Virus record (IMG/VR): IMGVR_UViG_3300033067_000809
Span: 1-57,539 of that record
Length of the DNA: 57,539 bases
DNA from: a virus
Taxonomy: Duplodnaviria; Caudoviricetes
Strand: one strand, 5' to 3'
Positions 35,401 through 47,879 of this stretch are shown here, piece by piece; positions within the stretch are counted from its first letter, which is position 1; every line of letters starts with the position of its first letter. A model generated the notes under the pieces. It did no database searches. It worked only from the letters and a program-made list of their open reading frames with translations, and was not told where the DNA came from. The position numbers were made by a program, and so were the translations under genes.

Positions 35401-37675
35401 CAGCAACCTGCGCTTCCAGTTCGGCAGCCAGACCTTTCTGGCCGGCGGTTTGTGCGATTTCTGCAGCGATGCGCAGGTCTTCATCCTTAGGCAGGTTCAA
35501 CGCTGCGCGCTGCGGAGAGATGCTGGCTGGGGCTTCGCCCTCGGGAGCTACATACGCAGCCGGCGCGCCAACCACAGGTTGCACTCGGCGCTTGCGAGAC
35601 ACGACCGGCTCCACGGGTGCTGCAGGAGCAGGTGTCGACGGCGCGCGCGGTGCGGCTAGGTCCGCAGGTGCTGCAGGAGCCACAACGGGGGTGGCGGCCG
35701 CAGGCGTTGGGCGTTCCAAGCCGACAGGCGTGGTCTGGGGCGCAGCCACAGGAGTCGCAGCCGGATATCCTTGCTCTTCAAATCGCTTAATGTCCGCCGG
35801 TGACCTAATCAGACCAGCGTCGAAAGCTGACCTGGCGCGCACCAGCACAGGGTCTTTGACGCCAGAAATGGTGCTTTTTCCTTGCTGCAAAGCCGTAAAT
35901 GCGGCGTCGTAGAAATTAGTCGATATCGCACCGGCCAGCCCGACAAACGCGCGGTCAAGACCGGTGGTACTTTGTTTTGCGCCGGCGGTTGGCGTAGCCG
36001 GCAAGGCCAAACTGGATGGCGCAGTCGCTGGCGCGCGCGGCGCAGTCAGGTCCACCGGTGCAGAACCGGCCGGAGCTGCAGGCTGAAGAACACCCTGACG
36101 AAACACGCGCGGCGCGGGGGCGGCCGGGGCAACCGTGGTGGGTGCCTGTGGGGCTTGCAAACCAACTTGTGGCGGCGCTGCAGCTGCGGCCCGCTCAACA
36201 GCCCATTGATCGAGCGCCTTGATGACTGAGTCCAGTTTCCCCCTGGAGCTCAAGCCTTTGCCGGAGGCCGCCATATTCCAGAACGCGTCCATCTCCGGGA
36301 TCGTCGGGTTGATCCCGTTGGTACCCATGACGTCCCACAACTCGCGCGCCAGCTTGGTGGGCTTCTTGCCGCCCATGCGCGCCAGGATCTCTGCGTCGAT
36401 GTCGACGCCTTGGTCCGCAGTGCCCGCTTGGTCGATGCTCGGGGCTTGAGGCCCCTCGTTCGGGCGCATGAACCCATTCGGCGGCTGTGGGCCTGAGTTT
36501 GGCGGCACAAACCCCGGGCGGGGCATCGGACCTTGAATGGCCTCGAGCTGCCAGAGCTGCTGCAGGTCGTCCAACTTGATGGCGCCGTTGCGCAGCATAA
36601 TCGCGTCGGCCATGGACAGCTCGCGCTCATGTCCAGCCATGCTGCTGGTGTCCTGGACGAACTGCCCGCTGCCTCCTTCGAACAGGTTGCCTACGGCCTT
36701 GGCGTAGTTCTTGTCTGTAGCGTAGAGCGTCTCGTCGACACCAAGCGCCTTGTTGAACCAGTCTTGCGTGAATGGTTGCACTTCGGGTTTGAGCTGGTCA
36801 GGTGCGACGCCGACCGCCTGTTGTGTACCGCGAGCAGCGAGGTCCGTAGCGCCGCCAGCATCTGCGGCAGCTGATCGGCGCCAACCACCAAGACCACCAC
36901 TCACTGCACCACCAAGCAAACCGCCAGCAACTAACGACTCCTGGTACCGGCTAACAGCATCAGGATCGAACATGGTCTCAGAGCTCACAGCGGTTCGCCC
37001 CGCCTGGTTTGCAAACTCTTGCAGCGTTTCAGCGGTGCCTTCAGCCAGCATCCCTTTGGCACCGGTGGCTGCGGTGCGTGCGACCCCGCCGGTAAACCCC
37101 GTCAGCTTGTCCAGTTGGCCGGCGCCGAGTGCGTCCAGAGCGCGAACCCCAGTGCCCAGAGAGCGTCGGGCAAACATGCCCTCTATGCCGAAGCGATCGG
37201 CCGCGCCATATGCCAGGCCCAACGGTATTGCGGAAGTCAGATCGGTGCGGCCGCCAGCCTCACGCTGGTTTTGGAGGACGTCGCCGAGCCCTAGTGCAGA
37301 GCCTGCAGCCCACGCAGCGCCAGGGCCGCCGATTAGGCCTGCTGCTGCCACCGGGATCATGGACGGCAAAGATTGTGCGCCAACTCCAGCCAGCCACTGG
37401 GCGGTCTCCCCAAGCCCCTGGGCTTCGGCAAAAGTCCTCGGTGCGCCGGTCTGCTCGAAGTAGCGCTGTGCGTCGGCGTTTGCAATGGCCTGCTGCTCTC
37501 GGCGCCAGTCGCCAGAAGACAGCCCGACAGCTTCGCCAATACCCAGCAGGCCGGCGCCCAGGCTCCGAGCTCCAGAGCCCAGCATTGTGCCGAGTCCAAC
37601 GCTCTGGGGGACTTCTGCGGGGGTGCCACCCCCGAACATGGCTTCAAATTCTTCGGGAGAAAGCTGCTTAGGCAT
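29471..37675 (-). CDS. Giant internal virion/ejection protein (2734 aa) with two zincin-like motifs
   Basis: Last late gene; Gly/Ala-rich N-terminus; AHELGH and LHEIGVH motifs. Confidence 0.8.
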   Translation of the reverse strand: MPKQLSPEEFEAMFGGGTPAEVPQSVGLGTMLGSGARSLGAGLLGIGEAVGLSSGDWRREQQAIANADAQRYFEQTGAPRTFAEAQGLGETAQWLAGVGAQSLPSMIPVAAAGLIGGPGAAWAAGSALGLGDVLQNQREAGGRTDLTSAIPLGLAYGAADRFGIEGMFARRSLGTGVRALDALGAGQLDKLTGFTGGVARTAATGAKGMLAEGTAETLQEFANQAGRTAVSSETMFDPDAVSRYQESLVAGGLLGGAVSGGLGGWRRSAAADAGGATDLAARGTQQAVGVAPDQLKPEVQPFTQDWFNKALGVDETLYATDKNYAKAVGNLFEGGSGQFVQDTSSMAGHERELSMADAIMLRNGAIKLDDLQQLWQLEAIQGPMPRPGFVPPNSGPQPPNGFMRPNEGPQAPSIDQAGTADQGVDIDAEILARMGGKKPTKLARELWDVMGTNGINPTIPEMDAFWNMAASGKGLSSRGKLDSVIKALDQWAVERAAAAAPPQVGLQAPQAPTTVAPAAPAPRVFRQGVLQPAAPAGSAPVDLTAPRAPATAPSSLALPATPTAGAKQSTTGLDRAFVGLAGAISTNFYDAAFTALQQGKSTISGVKDPVLVRARSAFDAGLIRSPADIKRFEEQGYPAATPVAAPQTTPVGLERPTPAAATPVVAPAAPADLAAPRAPSTPAPAAPVEPVVSRKRRVQPVVGAPAAYVAPEGEAPASISPQRAALNLPKDEDLRIAAEIAQTAGQKGLAAELEAQVADADVGVALADAREMPMDEAAADAIFREMFRTSRGAGNQDEFIAQTKKLLKARQIAPEGSKTIVLEAVAKAMGINYHTAKSRIDEPKMVKAGIRLGYTESQVLSLLGIRAKSRGDATALSKAQKAYKDLQNVEQPTPEQVQQLADLKGQIEQLEDADARTDAAGASKEMSKIGIEFDADEGSGMSVSDGTDRWWSQEASGTVVDRAIGKLATLERQIQELRTATAQLRSMGPEFRSAARATRDAAAKAKEGMAAAVTEAEASAIQEQNRILREAWTEAKKRKEEVGAKPPKAVRTPVVAESKATPEQQAAQARWKAANRKLEPLSTEDLQTLLPYVRDTIKNTKLAGEITDLLKARGVDNAVQVESAAKVPAQPEAGAGGEVGQEVPSAEKPAGKGGKTESRPQAEKVSAPAVIKTQRELAAEAWDAVATGIPGAPKFAELTRAQQTDFVEFGEDNWTPADVRREMQRMQPAAEVRKEATTAAQRAKAELHAENLGGMVAWQEGDMALILGYSALNGQPVYSGAMGDSRTSVGVDRYTGSLFTPEQKAMLVAKVKELEAAAAEKHATDPFIRFDADGLSFSAGVDPRVTGVLRGWKNQLGVKTNVYVTTIEDARADKGEFTGSHRAIGSAALNANEAGSARKVGADYYIAFTKGSSTLKMLETLAHELGHIHEREAFNNADKDTQKAIRAEHDKFVAANAKRTAREFVAELRARATGRATSIPAGMQANELTPYWKSFSEWYADQVSRWAVSSDKPVGVVEQFFSRLGAAMRKFYYSLKGSKYLPNETMKQFLDKIAEGATIIDDKSAAAQDERTQQMVSTVERGGSNVARVKTEIAKLGLSLTPDLVSIVQSVEQLPPGARRALKGEQPNGFVWRGKAYLVAGNIAPGNARSVLLHEIGVHLGIEELLDAGEFASLAAQVRNWADLNDGSLESTLAQEALTRVVSAGTPNAQVNSETVAYFVSAAVENGIDPTAMGMKGDLARWFSTVVRLLKQAIAKIGLGELDTMTAQDVVDLAYGAAEIVSRDVRAASAPDNTVKMSVPKKATAGQVQRAINQLPAQVQPAVRDSLDTMGSWGNKALDRVVFTSDLIGFASQAGIQAAKNFGDNLARRDTKARELEREVEKIADLYALVPEKDRGLVPEKGQADTANQFIFDSTREGKWGYGKYADRDMQDRFDALSDEAQVFVKAVFDHGDKMLALKKKTVMDHTNTEYDALIAAAAADGNAALEAKLKGEKQAVITRFKDLFATQEGRPYAPIKRMGTYAVVAKSQAYRAAEAAGDQKQIQTMQKQADHYHVSFTEGRAEARELARQLQAQGHFGRDGDAVDFFEREANMDALFGGDSVLRALTKLQSQVEAKQAAGEAGAAKLRRMVTDLYLEALAENSARKTEMKRRGVAGEVDMLRSFTTQGRADANFLASVEYNRKIQDSIQAMRKERDRGGNRARKAELFNELTARYAQSMEDSSTPALRKLLHLSSVYYLMTSPAYYLANLTQPWMMSVPVMAGKHGYAAASSAQFEAYKDLKAMIMSTKLLSGRQFDYSLVGNTAGEKNAIQELANRGRIDVGMETELGEFRVEGAGPVKDRLNKVNKGLRMLVQKGEILNRMSTALAAYRLELARNGGDTAAATDYADRILTETHGDYGRFNAPRMFNTSVGKVALQFRKFQLIQLSYYAKMLRSAGFTTQEQRAATKALAYSLLHTAAFAGLRGLPGFAAAQFLAAALLGDEDKEYDLAAEIEGAIGDKDWARLVMRGAPTLGGLDLSGSVGAGNALSVMPFSNADLSTPSGQFEAFGQLVGGAGGGMVVRGLDGLGLMKNGDWYKGLEMLMPKGLSSAMQAYRIADEGMTRRNGDVILPPKDVSELETFWKALSFTTPGMSETYEKRQRFQDTKDRFTERASKIKNAYARAARDRDTGAMQDARESWSKLQRARQAEGFQPQPVSNLLKAPQEQARREKQTIGGVQYRPNEKAAAMQAAGE

Positions 37676-37678
37676 GGA

Positions 37679-39409
37679 TTACCTTTGGTTCTGTTGTGCC
37701 CGAAGACGTTGGCTTTCGCGGTATGCGAGCCATTCTTGCTGCGACGCGTAAGGGCTAGGGGCTCTCGGGTTAGGTGCAATACCACCCATTGTAGGTCGAT
37801 ATAAACCGGTCGCGGTTTGTTGGTCGACCTCGGCATCTCGAGCGGCTTGAGCAGCGCGGCCCGCATGGATTCGAGCGGCAGCGTCTTGCTCCTCCGTCAT
37901 GCGTTCGTCGGCGGCGATGCCTTGAGCGCCAGCTGTGTTCACGGCTTTCGTGAGCGCCTTTACGCCGGCCGCAGTCAGTGGAAACGCCGTGTTGTTGAAC
38001 CCGAGCATGGTGCCATCACGACTCCACTGAGCAGCTTCCGCAACGTGTGGGGGCACCTTCAGCCCCGCCAGCACTTGTGGCCGGTCATCCGGCAGAACGC
38101 CTTTCAGCGCTATGTACCCACCCTCTCCATCGGCTTGCGCAACAGTGCCATCTGGGCGGCGCACTCTGGTGCCGGCAGCAGGGAGCTCTACATCTTTGCC
38201 GGGCTTGGCCACCAGTCCGAACATGGCGTCCTTCTCGACATCGGAAGGGTCCCGCCCATACACACGCCGGAAGTCGTCAACACGTTGCGCCAACGGACCC
38301 AACTTGTCCATGCTGGCGCGGGCGCCGTAATATGACGTCTGTGCGCCAGTGAGCCCAATCTGAGCTCGAGTTTTCTGCTCCTCAAGATCCAGCTTGCGAC
38401 GGTCTTGGGCCTGCTTCTCCAGCGCTGCCGTGTACTCGACGGCAGCTTCCGGGCGAGTGGCCATGGTGTACAGGTACCCGGTGGCTTCAGCCTCATTGCG
38501 GAACGGCATTGGCTCGCCGACCGGCCGACCGGTAGCGGTGTCCACACGCTGCATTGCAATTGCCCCCTTGGGGCCGGCAATGCGCACAAAGTGAGATCCG
38601 GGGTCCAGCAGGTCACTGCTCTCGTGGAGCTTTAACAACTCGTCCAGGCCCTTGTTCTTGACCAAGCTCTTGATGGCCAACTCGCTGCTCTTGAACTCAG
38701 ATTCGGCAATCCCCGTGACACGACTGGCGAAGTTGTATTTCTGGTCTATGTTCAGGGCGTTCCATTCCGGCATGGCGCTGACGTCCCCATTGGTGAGCTT
38801 CGGGTTGGCCTTCTTGGCGTCAGCGTACGCTTGAGTGAACTGGTCGTACTTTTGCTGCTCGGCAGCTTCACGTTGTGCTTTCGCAAGTTGCGTGCCGCCC
38901 AGTTTGGTCTGTTGCTCCAATCCTTGCAACTGCAGGGGCCGGACCTTTGCCTGGTACGCCTGATCTTCAGCGCGAGCGCGTAGGTCTTCGGCTTGCTGGA
39001 CTTGGCCATAACGCCCCAGCACGCCGGCCGCCTCCTGCATTTGCAGGCCGCGCAGCGCGGTTGGGTCGAACTTCCCCGCAACGGTCTGGTCGCGGTACCG
39101 CTGCACTTGCTGCGGTGTGATTTCAATGCCTTCCGCCGGCATGTCCCCCTGCAGGTCCAAGCCCTGACGCGGCGTGTATCGCAACGTCGGCGCAGCGCCC
39201 TCTGCGCCGGGTACGGCGCTCACGTCATAGCCCCCGGACGCCTGCAGCCCCTGAATCTGTCGTGCCTGCTCCGGCGTGTAGTCCGAGAACGTCTCTGGCT
39301 TGGCGTACGCCTGGCCCAACTCATCTTCCATGCGACGGTTGCGAATCTGCTGCCCCACCTGAATGCCCGTTTGGAAACCGCCCGCCAGGCTTTTGAAAAA
39401 ATCTGCCAT
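37679..39409 (-). CDS. Internal virion/ejection protein (MADFFKSLAGGF...)
   Basis: Position; Q/A-rich helical sequence. Confidence 0.7.
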   Translation of the reverse strand: MADFFKSLAGGFQTGIQVGQQIRNRRMEDELGQAYAKPETFSDYTPEQARQIQGLQASGGYDVSAVPGAEGAAPTLRYTPRQGLDLQGDMPAEGIEITPQQVQRYRDQTVAGKFDPTALRGLQMQEAAGVLGRYGQVQQAEDLRARAEDQAYQAKVRPLQLQGLEQQTKLGGTQLAKAQREAAEQQKYDQFTQAYADAKKANPKLTNGDVSAMPEWNALNIDQKYNFASRVTGIAESEFKSSELAIKSLVKNKGLDELLKLHESSDLLDPGSHFVRIAGPKGAIAMQRVDTATGRPVGEPMPFRNEAEATGYLYTMATRPEAAVEYTAALEKQAQDRRKLDLEEQKTRAQIGLTGAQTSYYGARASMDKLGPLAQRVDDFRRVYGRDPSDVEKDAMFGLVAKPGKDVELPAAGTRVRRPDGTVAQADGEGGYIALKGVLPDDRPQVLAGLKVPPHVAEAAQWSRDGTMLGFNNTAFPLTAAGVKALTKAVNTAGAQGIAADERMTEEQDAAARIHAGRAAQAARDAEVDQQTATGLYRPTMGGIAPNPRAPSPYASQQEWLAYRESQRLRAQQNQR

Positions 39410-39457
39410 ACAAAACCCTCTGTTACTTGAACGTCGACGCGCCAAGGGTCGAACCAA

Positions 39458-40255
39458 CTACTTCAACGCAGCGTACGCCCCAAGCCCCATGCCCGCGATG
39501 CTGCCCAACGGGTCTGACTGGCTTGCGTTGGCGCCGTAAACGCTGGTCTGCGACTGCAGGATGTTCCCCAGCCCGGACATCTGCATGTTGAGCCCTTGAC
39601 CGGTAGTAGCCGCACCAGAAGCCATACCCTGCATGAGCTGGCTGCCAGGCGCCGCGGCAGAGTTCAATCCTGCGCTGCCGGCGCCGGTGGCGGCACTGTA
39701 AGCGCCCAGCGATGCCCCTGAGAGGTTGCGCCCAAGACCTGCAGCTTCCACTTGGCGCGCGTAGCCCAAGGCTTCCGCCTGCTGACGAGCCCCCGTCATA
39801 GCACCGGCGCGTTGCGCGGCCAGACCTAGTTGGCCTTGGGCCTGGATGCCCGCAAAACGCCCCGAGTTAGGGTTTACGCCCATAGACGCTGCAGCTCGCG
39901 CGCCGGCTGCCTGCGTGGTGCTGAACGCGCGGCCTGCAGCCGCCGCCGCCTGGCTGGCCAGCTGCTCACGGTATGCGTCCGTGTTGAACTCGTTGGCGCG
40001 CTGCACCAGCCCCTGCTCGAGGGGGCGAAACGTCGACTTCATGTAGTCGTAGTATTCCTGCCCCTGCTGCATGGTCTGCTGCTGGGCGGCAACCTGAGCG
40101 TCCGATATCTGCTTGGCCAGCGGTTTGAGCTCCGCGTACTGCTGCTTGGAAAAGTCCAGCTGCTCACGACCGAGGCCGGTCATGATCTCTGCGGACCGCT
40201 CGCTGGCTGCGGCGAGCGCCGAGTAGTCGGGCGCTGCTTGGGATTTACCACCCAT
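39458..40255 (-). CDS. Small ejection/pilot protein (MGGKSQAAPDY...)
   Basis: AAAGGA SD; G/A/S/Q-rich. Confidence 0.75.
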   Translation of the reverse strand: MGGKSQAAPDYSALAAASERSAEIMTGLGREQLDFSKQQYAELKPLAKQISDAQVAAQQQTMQQGQEYYDYMKSTFRPLEQGLVQRANEFNTDAYREQLASQAAAAAGRAFSTTQAAGARAAASMGVNPNSGRFAGIQAQGQLGLAAQRAGAMTGARQQAEALGYARQVEAAGLGRNLSGASLGAYSAATGAGSAGLNSAAAPGSQLMQGMASGAATTGQGLNMQMSGLGNILQSQTSVYGANASQSDPLGSIAGMGLGAYAALK

Positions 40256-40257
40256 GA

Positions 40258-40674
40258 TTATTCCTTTCGCAGCCAGCGACAATTGTCGGGCCGCATTACC
40301 AAAATGTGCATGTCTGCGCCAGGCGCGCCGTCTCGCATGACAAATTCTTCCTCCCAACCCAGGTGCTTGTCGAACGCCAATATGTGAGGCTCGTTTGAAG
40401 GCACCATGCCGGTCAGGCGCTTGAGCCCACAACGATTGAACGCATAATCCGCCGCCGACTCCAGCAGTCGCAAAAACGCCTTGTTGGGCTTGCGCACCGC
40501 AATGTGGCAGGTGGCGTTGGCGCCGTTGAAGTTGTTGAACACAATGCCCGCAGTGAGCTCCCCGTTCGACTCAACCCCCATGGCGTAGAAACTACCCCAC
40601 TCGCCGGTCTGCCCCACCTGGCACGCCACCCACTCGCCGACATACGCTTTGCGATCAAAAACGAGGTTTGCCAT
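40258..40674 (-). CDS. GNAT-fold acetyltransferase-like protein
   Basis: YAFN..GLKRLTG.V...HLGW.EE; typical position before ejection genes. Confidence 0.8.
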   Translation of the reverse strand: MANLVFDRKAYVGEWVACQVGQTGEWGSFYAMGVESNGELTAGIVFNNFNGANATCHIAVRKPNKAFLRLLESAADYAFNRCGLKRLTGMVPSNEPHILAFDKHLGWEEEFVMRDGAPGADMHILVMRPDNCRWLRKE

Positions 40675-40689
40675 AGTGCGTATTATGGA

Positions 40690-41100
40690 TCAGGCCGGTG
40701 GTGTGGGCCAGACGATGTTGAATGGGTCAGGCTGCAGCGTCACGTCGCGCAGCGCCTGGCGGTAGGCTGCCCAGGCTTCCTTGGTGGTCAGCGGCACGTC
40801 GGGGAGCTGGGTCCAGTCGCTAGCCTGTAGGAGCCGGTTTCGCTCTGTGCGGACGATAGGCCACTCGGTTTCGGGCGTGCGCGGGTCAACCCACACTTTA
40901 GATACAACGTCCCACAGGTGAACGCTGCTAGGTCGGCTTGGTATGCCAACCCAGACCAAATTATTAACGTCAAAGTAAGTGTTATCTGGCGATAGCTCGG
41001 GAAGTATCAGTGTATCTTCTGACTCCAGCTCAATAAGGCTATCCGCGTCACCCTTAAAAAGCACTTCACCTGTTTTTCTTTCGATGGCAGTAAATTTCAT
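40690..41100 (-). CDS. Tail fibre assembly chaperone
   Basis: RTERNRLLQASDWTQLPD.P...W..YRQALRD...WP. Confidence 0.88.
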   Translation of the reverse strand: MKFTAIERKTGEVLFKGDADSLIELESEDTLILPELSPDNTYFDVNNLVWVGIPSRPSSVHLWDVVSKVWVDPRTPETEWPIVRTERNRLLQASDWTQLPDVPLTTKEAWAAYRQALRDVTLQPDPFNIVWPTPPA

Positions 41101-41104
41101 GGTA

Positions 41105-45236
<4,132 letters not shown>

Positions 45237-45245
45237 TGCACCTCG

Positions 45246-45419
45246 TCAGGCCGGCTTGCGGCGTTTTTCGTAAATCGACCAGGCCACCCCGGCAAGCGTG
45301 GCGGCCGCGCCGGCCGCTGCGTCGATTGTCTCACCGCTGACACCGTACTTGGCCGCCAACGCGCCGCCTGCAAGCGTGAGAACGTGCCGGACCAGTGCAA
45401 ATACTACCTGCGAGTTCAT
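45246..45419 (-). CDS. Putative two-TM holin
   Basis: VRHVLTLAGG.L...G..WS plus basic tail. Confidence 0.7.
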   Translation of the reverse strand: MNSQVVFALVRHVLTLAGGALAAKYGVSGETIDAAAGAAATLAGVAWSIYEKRRKPA

Positions 45420-45934
45420 GGCATGCTTTCTGTTGCGCCACCGACGCATATTTGGTACTCAGCATGGCGCCGCCGAGTCAGCCCGGCCAGGGCCCGGCCG
45501 GCTTGTTTGTTCCACCGGAGCAGCTCACGGCACGCACCCGGGTAGTCCGGCGGATCGGCGCGCAGCTTGCGCACCAGCGTGCTCGAACAGGCAGCGCTGG
45601 TACCCACATTGAAGGCCCAGGACACATAGGCATCCCACTCGTGTTGGTAGAGCGCGACGTCGCTAAGGCAAGCGCGCAGCTCGCGCTCATGTCGCTGCGC
45701 ATCGGACAACAGTTGGACCAGCGCCCGGTCTGGCGTGGTGCGGTCGCCCAGCTTGACGCCAGCGGTCGACCCCCAGCCACTGGTCGGAACGTCCTGCGGC
45801 GTCGGGAGGTATGCCTCGCCGCGGTAGGTTTCCCAGCCGGCAATGCCGACCAAAGTTGCCGCTGATAGCGATAACGCCGCAATAGTGGTACGACTGCCCT
45901 TCACCACCACAGTCTCCACATCAGGTACGGCCAA
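45416..45934 (-). CDS. SAR-type endolysin (GH24 lysozyme); start may be a GTG near 45904
   Basis: Hydrophobic N-terminus, then WE...AY....DVPT.GWGST; FNVG; GLTRRR.AE. Confidence 0.9.
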   Translation of the reverse strand: MAVPDVETVVVKGSRTTIAALSLSAATLVGIAGWETYRGEAYLPTPQDVPTSGWGSTAGVKLGDRTTPDRALVQLLSDAQRHERELRACLSDVALYQHEWDAYVSWAFNVGTSAACSSTLVRKLRADPPDYPGACRELLRWNKQAGRALAGLTRRRHAEYQICVGGATESMP

Positions 45935-45956
45935 AGAATTAAAACCATCAGATGCA

Positions 45957-46175
45957 TCACCGCTCCTTTGCCTGGCATTCAGTGTGGCGTAAATCGCGCC
46001 AGATTGCCAGCAGCTTATGGCCGATCATCAACACGGTGTAGATCAACGTCGCCCACAAAACAAGATCCGAAACCGGCACGCCGGCAATAGTGGCGATCGA
46101 AACACTGGCTGGTGGGATTGCTTTTGCAACCATGGCGCCCGCTGATTCGGCTGCAGTTTGGTGTGCTGTGTCCAT
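45957..46175 (-). CDS. Putative holin/pinholin
   Basis: Small TM protein directly upstream of the endolysin. Confidence 0.65.
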   Translation of the reverse strand: MDTAHQTAAESAGAMVAKAIPPASVSIATIAGVPVSDLVLWATLIYTVLMIGHKLLAIWRDLRHTECQAKER

Positions 46176-46210
46176 GCGTGGAGGTGGCTAGTGTTGCTAC
46201 GACTTTGGCG

Positions 46211-46912
46211 TTAACCGGCCACTTGGATGGTGCCACGATTGGGGTTTCCAACCGGGTTAGGCGCGACAGCGACCGTAGCCCGAACCTCAATCCCAAGCGC
46301 GTTGGCAAAGGCCGTGTAGTGCGCTTGGGCCCGCTGCGCGTTCCCAGCAAACTCAGAGTCCTTGCTGTATGCGCGATACAAAAGAAACTCAAGCAACGCG
46401 TTTCCATACACGTCCGGAAGGCTAATATTTCCTGTCACGGCCGTGTATAGCGACCCGTCGGCGGGCTCCGCGATGTTGGTCGGGTATGCCGCATAGACGA
46501 TGTCGAGCTGGGTCGTTGCCAGTGCGGGCGGGTAGACGTAAAACGTCCGTGGATCTCGCACATCGTACACAAAATGCAAAATGTCCAGGGTTCCGGCAAG
46601 TGCGTGCCACCCGGGTGTTTGCGAGTCCAGGATTTCGCGGTTGACCATCCGCACAGACTTTTTTGCGCTAGATGCAGCTGCGTTCCGAATGACGTCGATC
46701 AGCTTAGCCCCATTGGTTGGCAGTGCCTGTTTGCTTCCAGCGGTGCAGGTTAGCGTGGAGCTGGTCACCATCGAGTCGGGGCGATACAGCACAACCTCAC
46801 GCTGGCCGTCGTTCAAATATCGCACCAGCTCACTGATAGGCCAGCGGACAGACGTTGGGTCTTGGAGTGTCTCAACAGCGCGTCGAATAATGTCTTGTGC
46901 AAGAAGGGCCAT
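46211..46912 (-). CDS. Head-tail adaptor / tail tubular protein A-like (DUF6682-like)
   Basis: RW...EL..YLNDGQ..V...RPD; FYVYPP; YRAYSKDSE. Confidence 0.78.
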   Translation of the reverse strand: MALLAQDIIRRAVETLQDPTSVRWPISELVRYLNDGQREVVLYRPDSMVTSSTLTCTAGSKQALPTNGAKLIDVIRNAAASSAKKSVRMVNREILDSQTPGWHALAGTLDILHFVYDVRDPRTFYVYPPALATTQLDIVYAAYPTNIAEPADGSLYTAVTGNISLPDVYGNALLEFLLYRAYSKDSEFAGNAQRAQAHYTAFANALGIEVRATVAVAPNPVGNPNRGTIQVAG

Positions 46913-46921
46913 GGTGCAACC

Positions 46922-47551
46922 TCAAAAAAATGGATGTGCCTTAGCGCGCATGGAGCCACGGACGTACCCGTAGTTCCCCTCCACTCTGGAGTTGGCGGTA
47001 GCTTTTGCCGCTACGCCCCCCCAGTACAGCGCCTGCGTTGGGTTCGTGAATGGTTGGTCGGGTACAAGCATACATCGGTGCAAGGTGCCGGCAACCAGTG
47101 GTTCAACCCACAACTCGAACAGGTCGTCGTGCAGCGTAGTGGCGTCACGTGTCGGGCGCAGCGCGACATTTGCAACTAGGGTGTAAACGTCATCCGGTAT
47201 AGCCGCCAGGCGCAGAGAGAAGCTACCCCCTGAGGTGTCCACGTAGAAGCTAGTCGGTCGAGCCTCAACCGTGGGTGGTTCCCGCAAGGCCTCCGCAAGA
47301 ACTGGCACAATGGCTCGACCATCCAGCGTAACGCCAAGCACCCGCGCAATGGCGAGCTCAGAGCTGGGCGGGGTCAGTCCATATGCTGCTGCGCCGGCGC
47401 TTGTCTGGATCGGATCGAGGTTGATGCGTAGTACCTGCGCGGTGTCGCAGAACTCAATGGCCGAGCTCAGGAGTGCCTGTGCCGCAAGCGGCTCCGAGCA
47501 CCCTGGAAGGTAGGGAAGAATCCGTGGGAAAAAGGCGCTCAGGAGTTTCAT
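46922..47551 (-). CDS. Putative adaptor/virion structural protein
   Basis: PGC......L....IEFC motif; position after MCP. Confidence 0.65.
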   Translation of the reverse strand: MKLLSAFFPRILPYLPGCSEPLAAQALLSSAIEFCDTAQVLRINLDPIQTSAGAAAYGLTPPSSELAIARVLGVTLDGRAIVPVLAEALREPPTVEARPTSFYVDTSGGSFSLRLAAIPDDVYTLVANVALRPTRDATTLHDDLFELWVEPLVAGTLHRCMLVPDQPFTNPTQALYWGGVAAKATANSRVEGNYGYVRGSMRAKAHPFF

Positions 47552-47826
47552 TATTCATCCTCGGCAAAATCAGCCGGGTCGATACCGAGCAATTCTACTG
47601 GCTGCGCGCGTGGCCTGCGTGTGACTTTCTTCGCCGCTTTGTCCCGCTGCTCAACCACCAGCATATTGCTGTGAAGCGCCCTGAGCGTATGGCCTGCATC
47701 GGTCCAGACCCAGCTTTGGCCATCCAAAGCTGCTAGCACGACAATGGTGCCGTCGGGTCGAGTTGCGCGTGCCTTGTTGGCCAGGATCTCACCGCCAAGG
47801 CGCTCGAGGAGGACGTTGAGGTCCAT
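47551..47826 (-). CDS. Hypothetical protein
   Basis: AAGGA SD. Confidence 0.65.
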   Translation of the reverse strand: MDLNVLLERLGGEILANKARATRPDGTIVVLAALDGQSWVWTDAGHTLRALHSNMLVVEQRDKAAKKVTRRPRAQPVELLGIDPADFAEDE

Positions 47827-47838
47827 GATGCTGTCCTT

Positions 47839-47861
47839 AAAAAGGGGGCCTAAGCCCCCTT
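47839..47861 (-). terminator. Terminator after the major capsid gene
   Basis: GGGGGC-TTAG-GCCCCC-TTTTT on the - strand. Confidence 0.8.
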
Positions 47862-47879
47862 GTGTGGTGTCCGTCAGGC

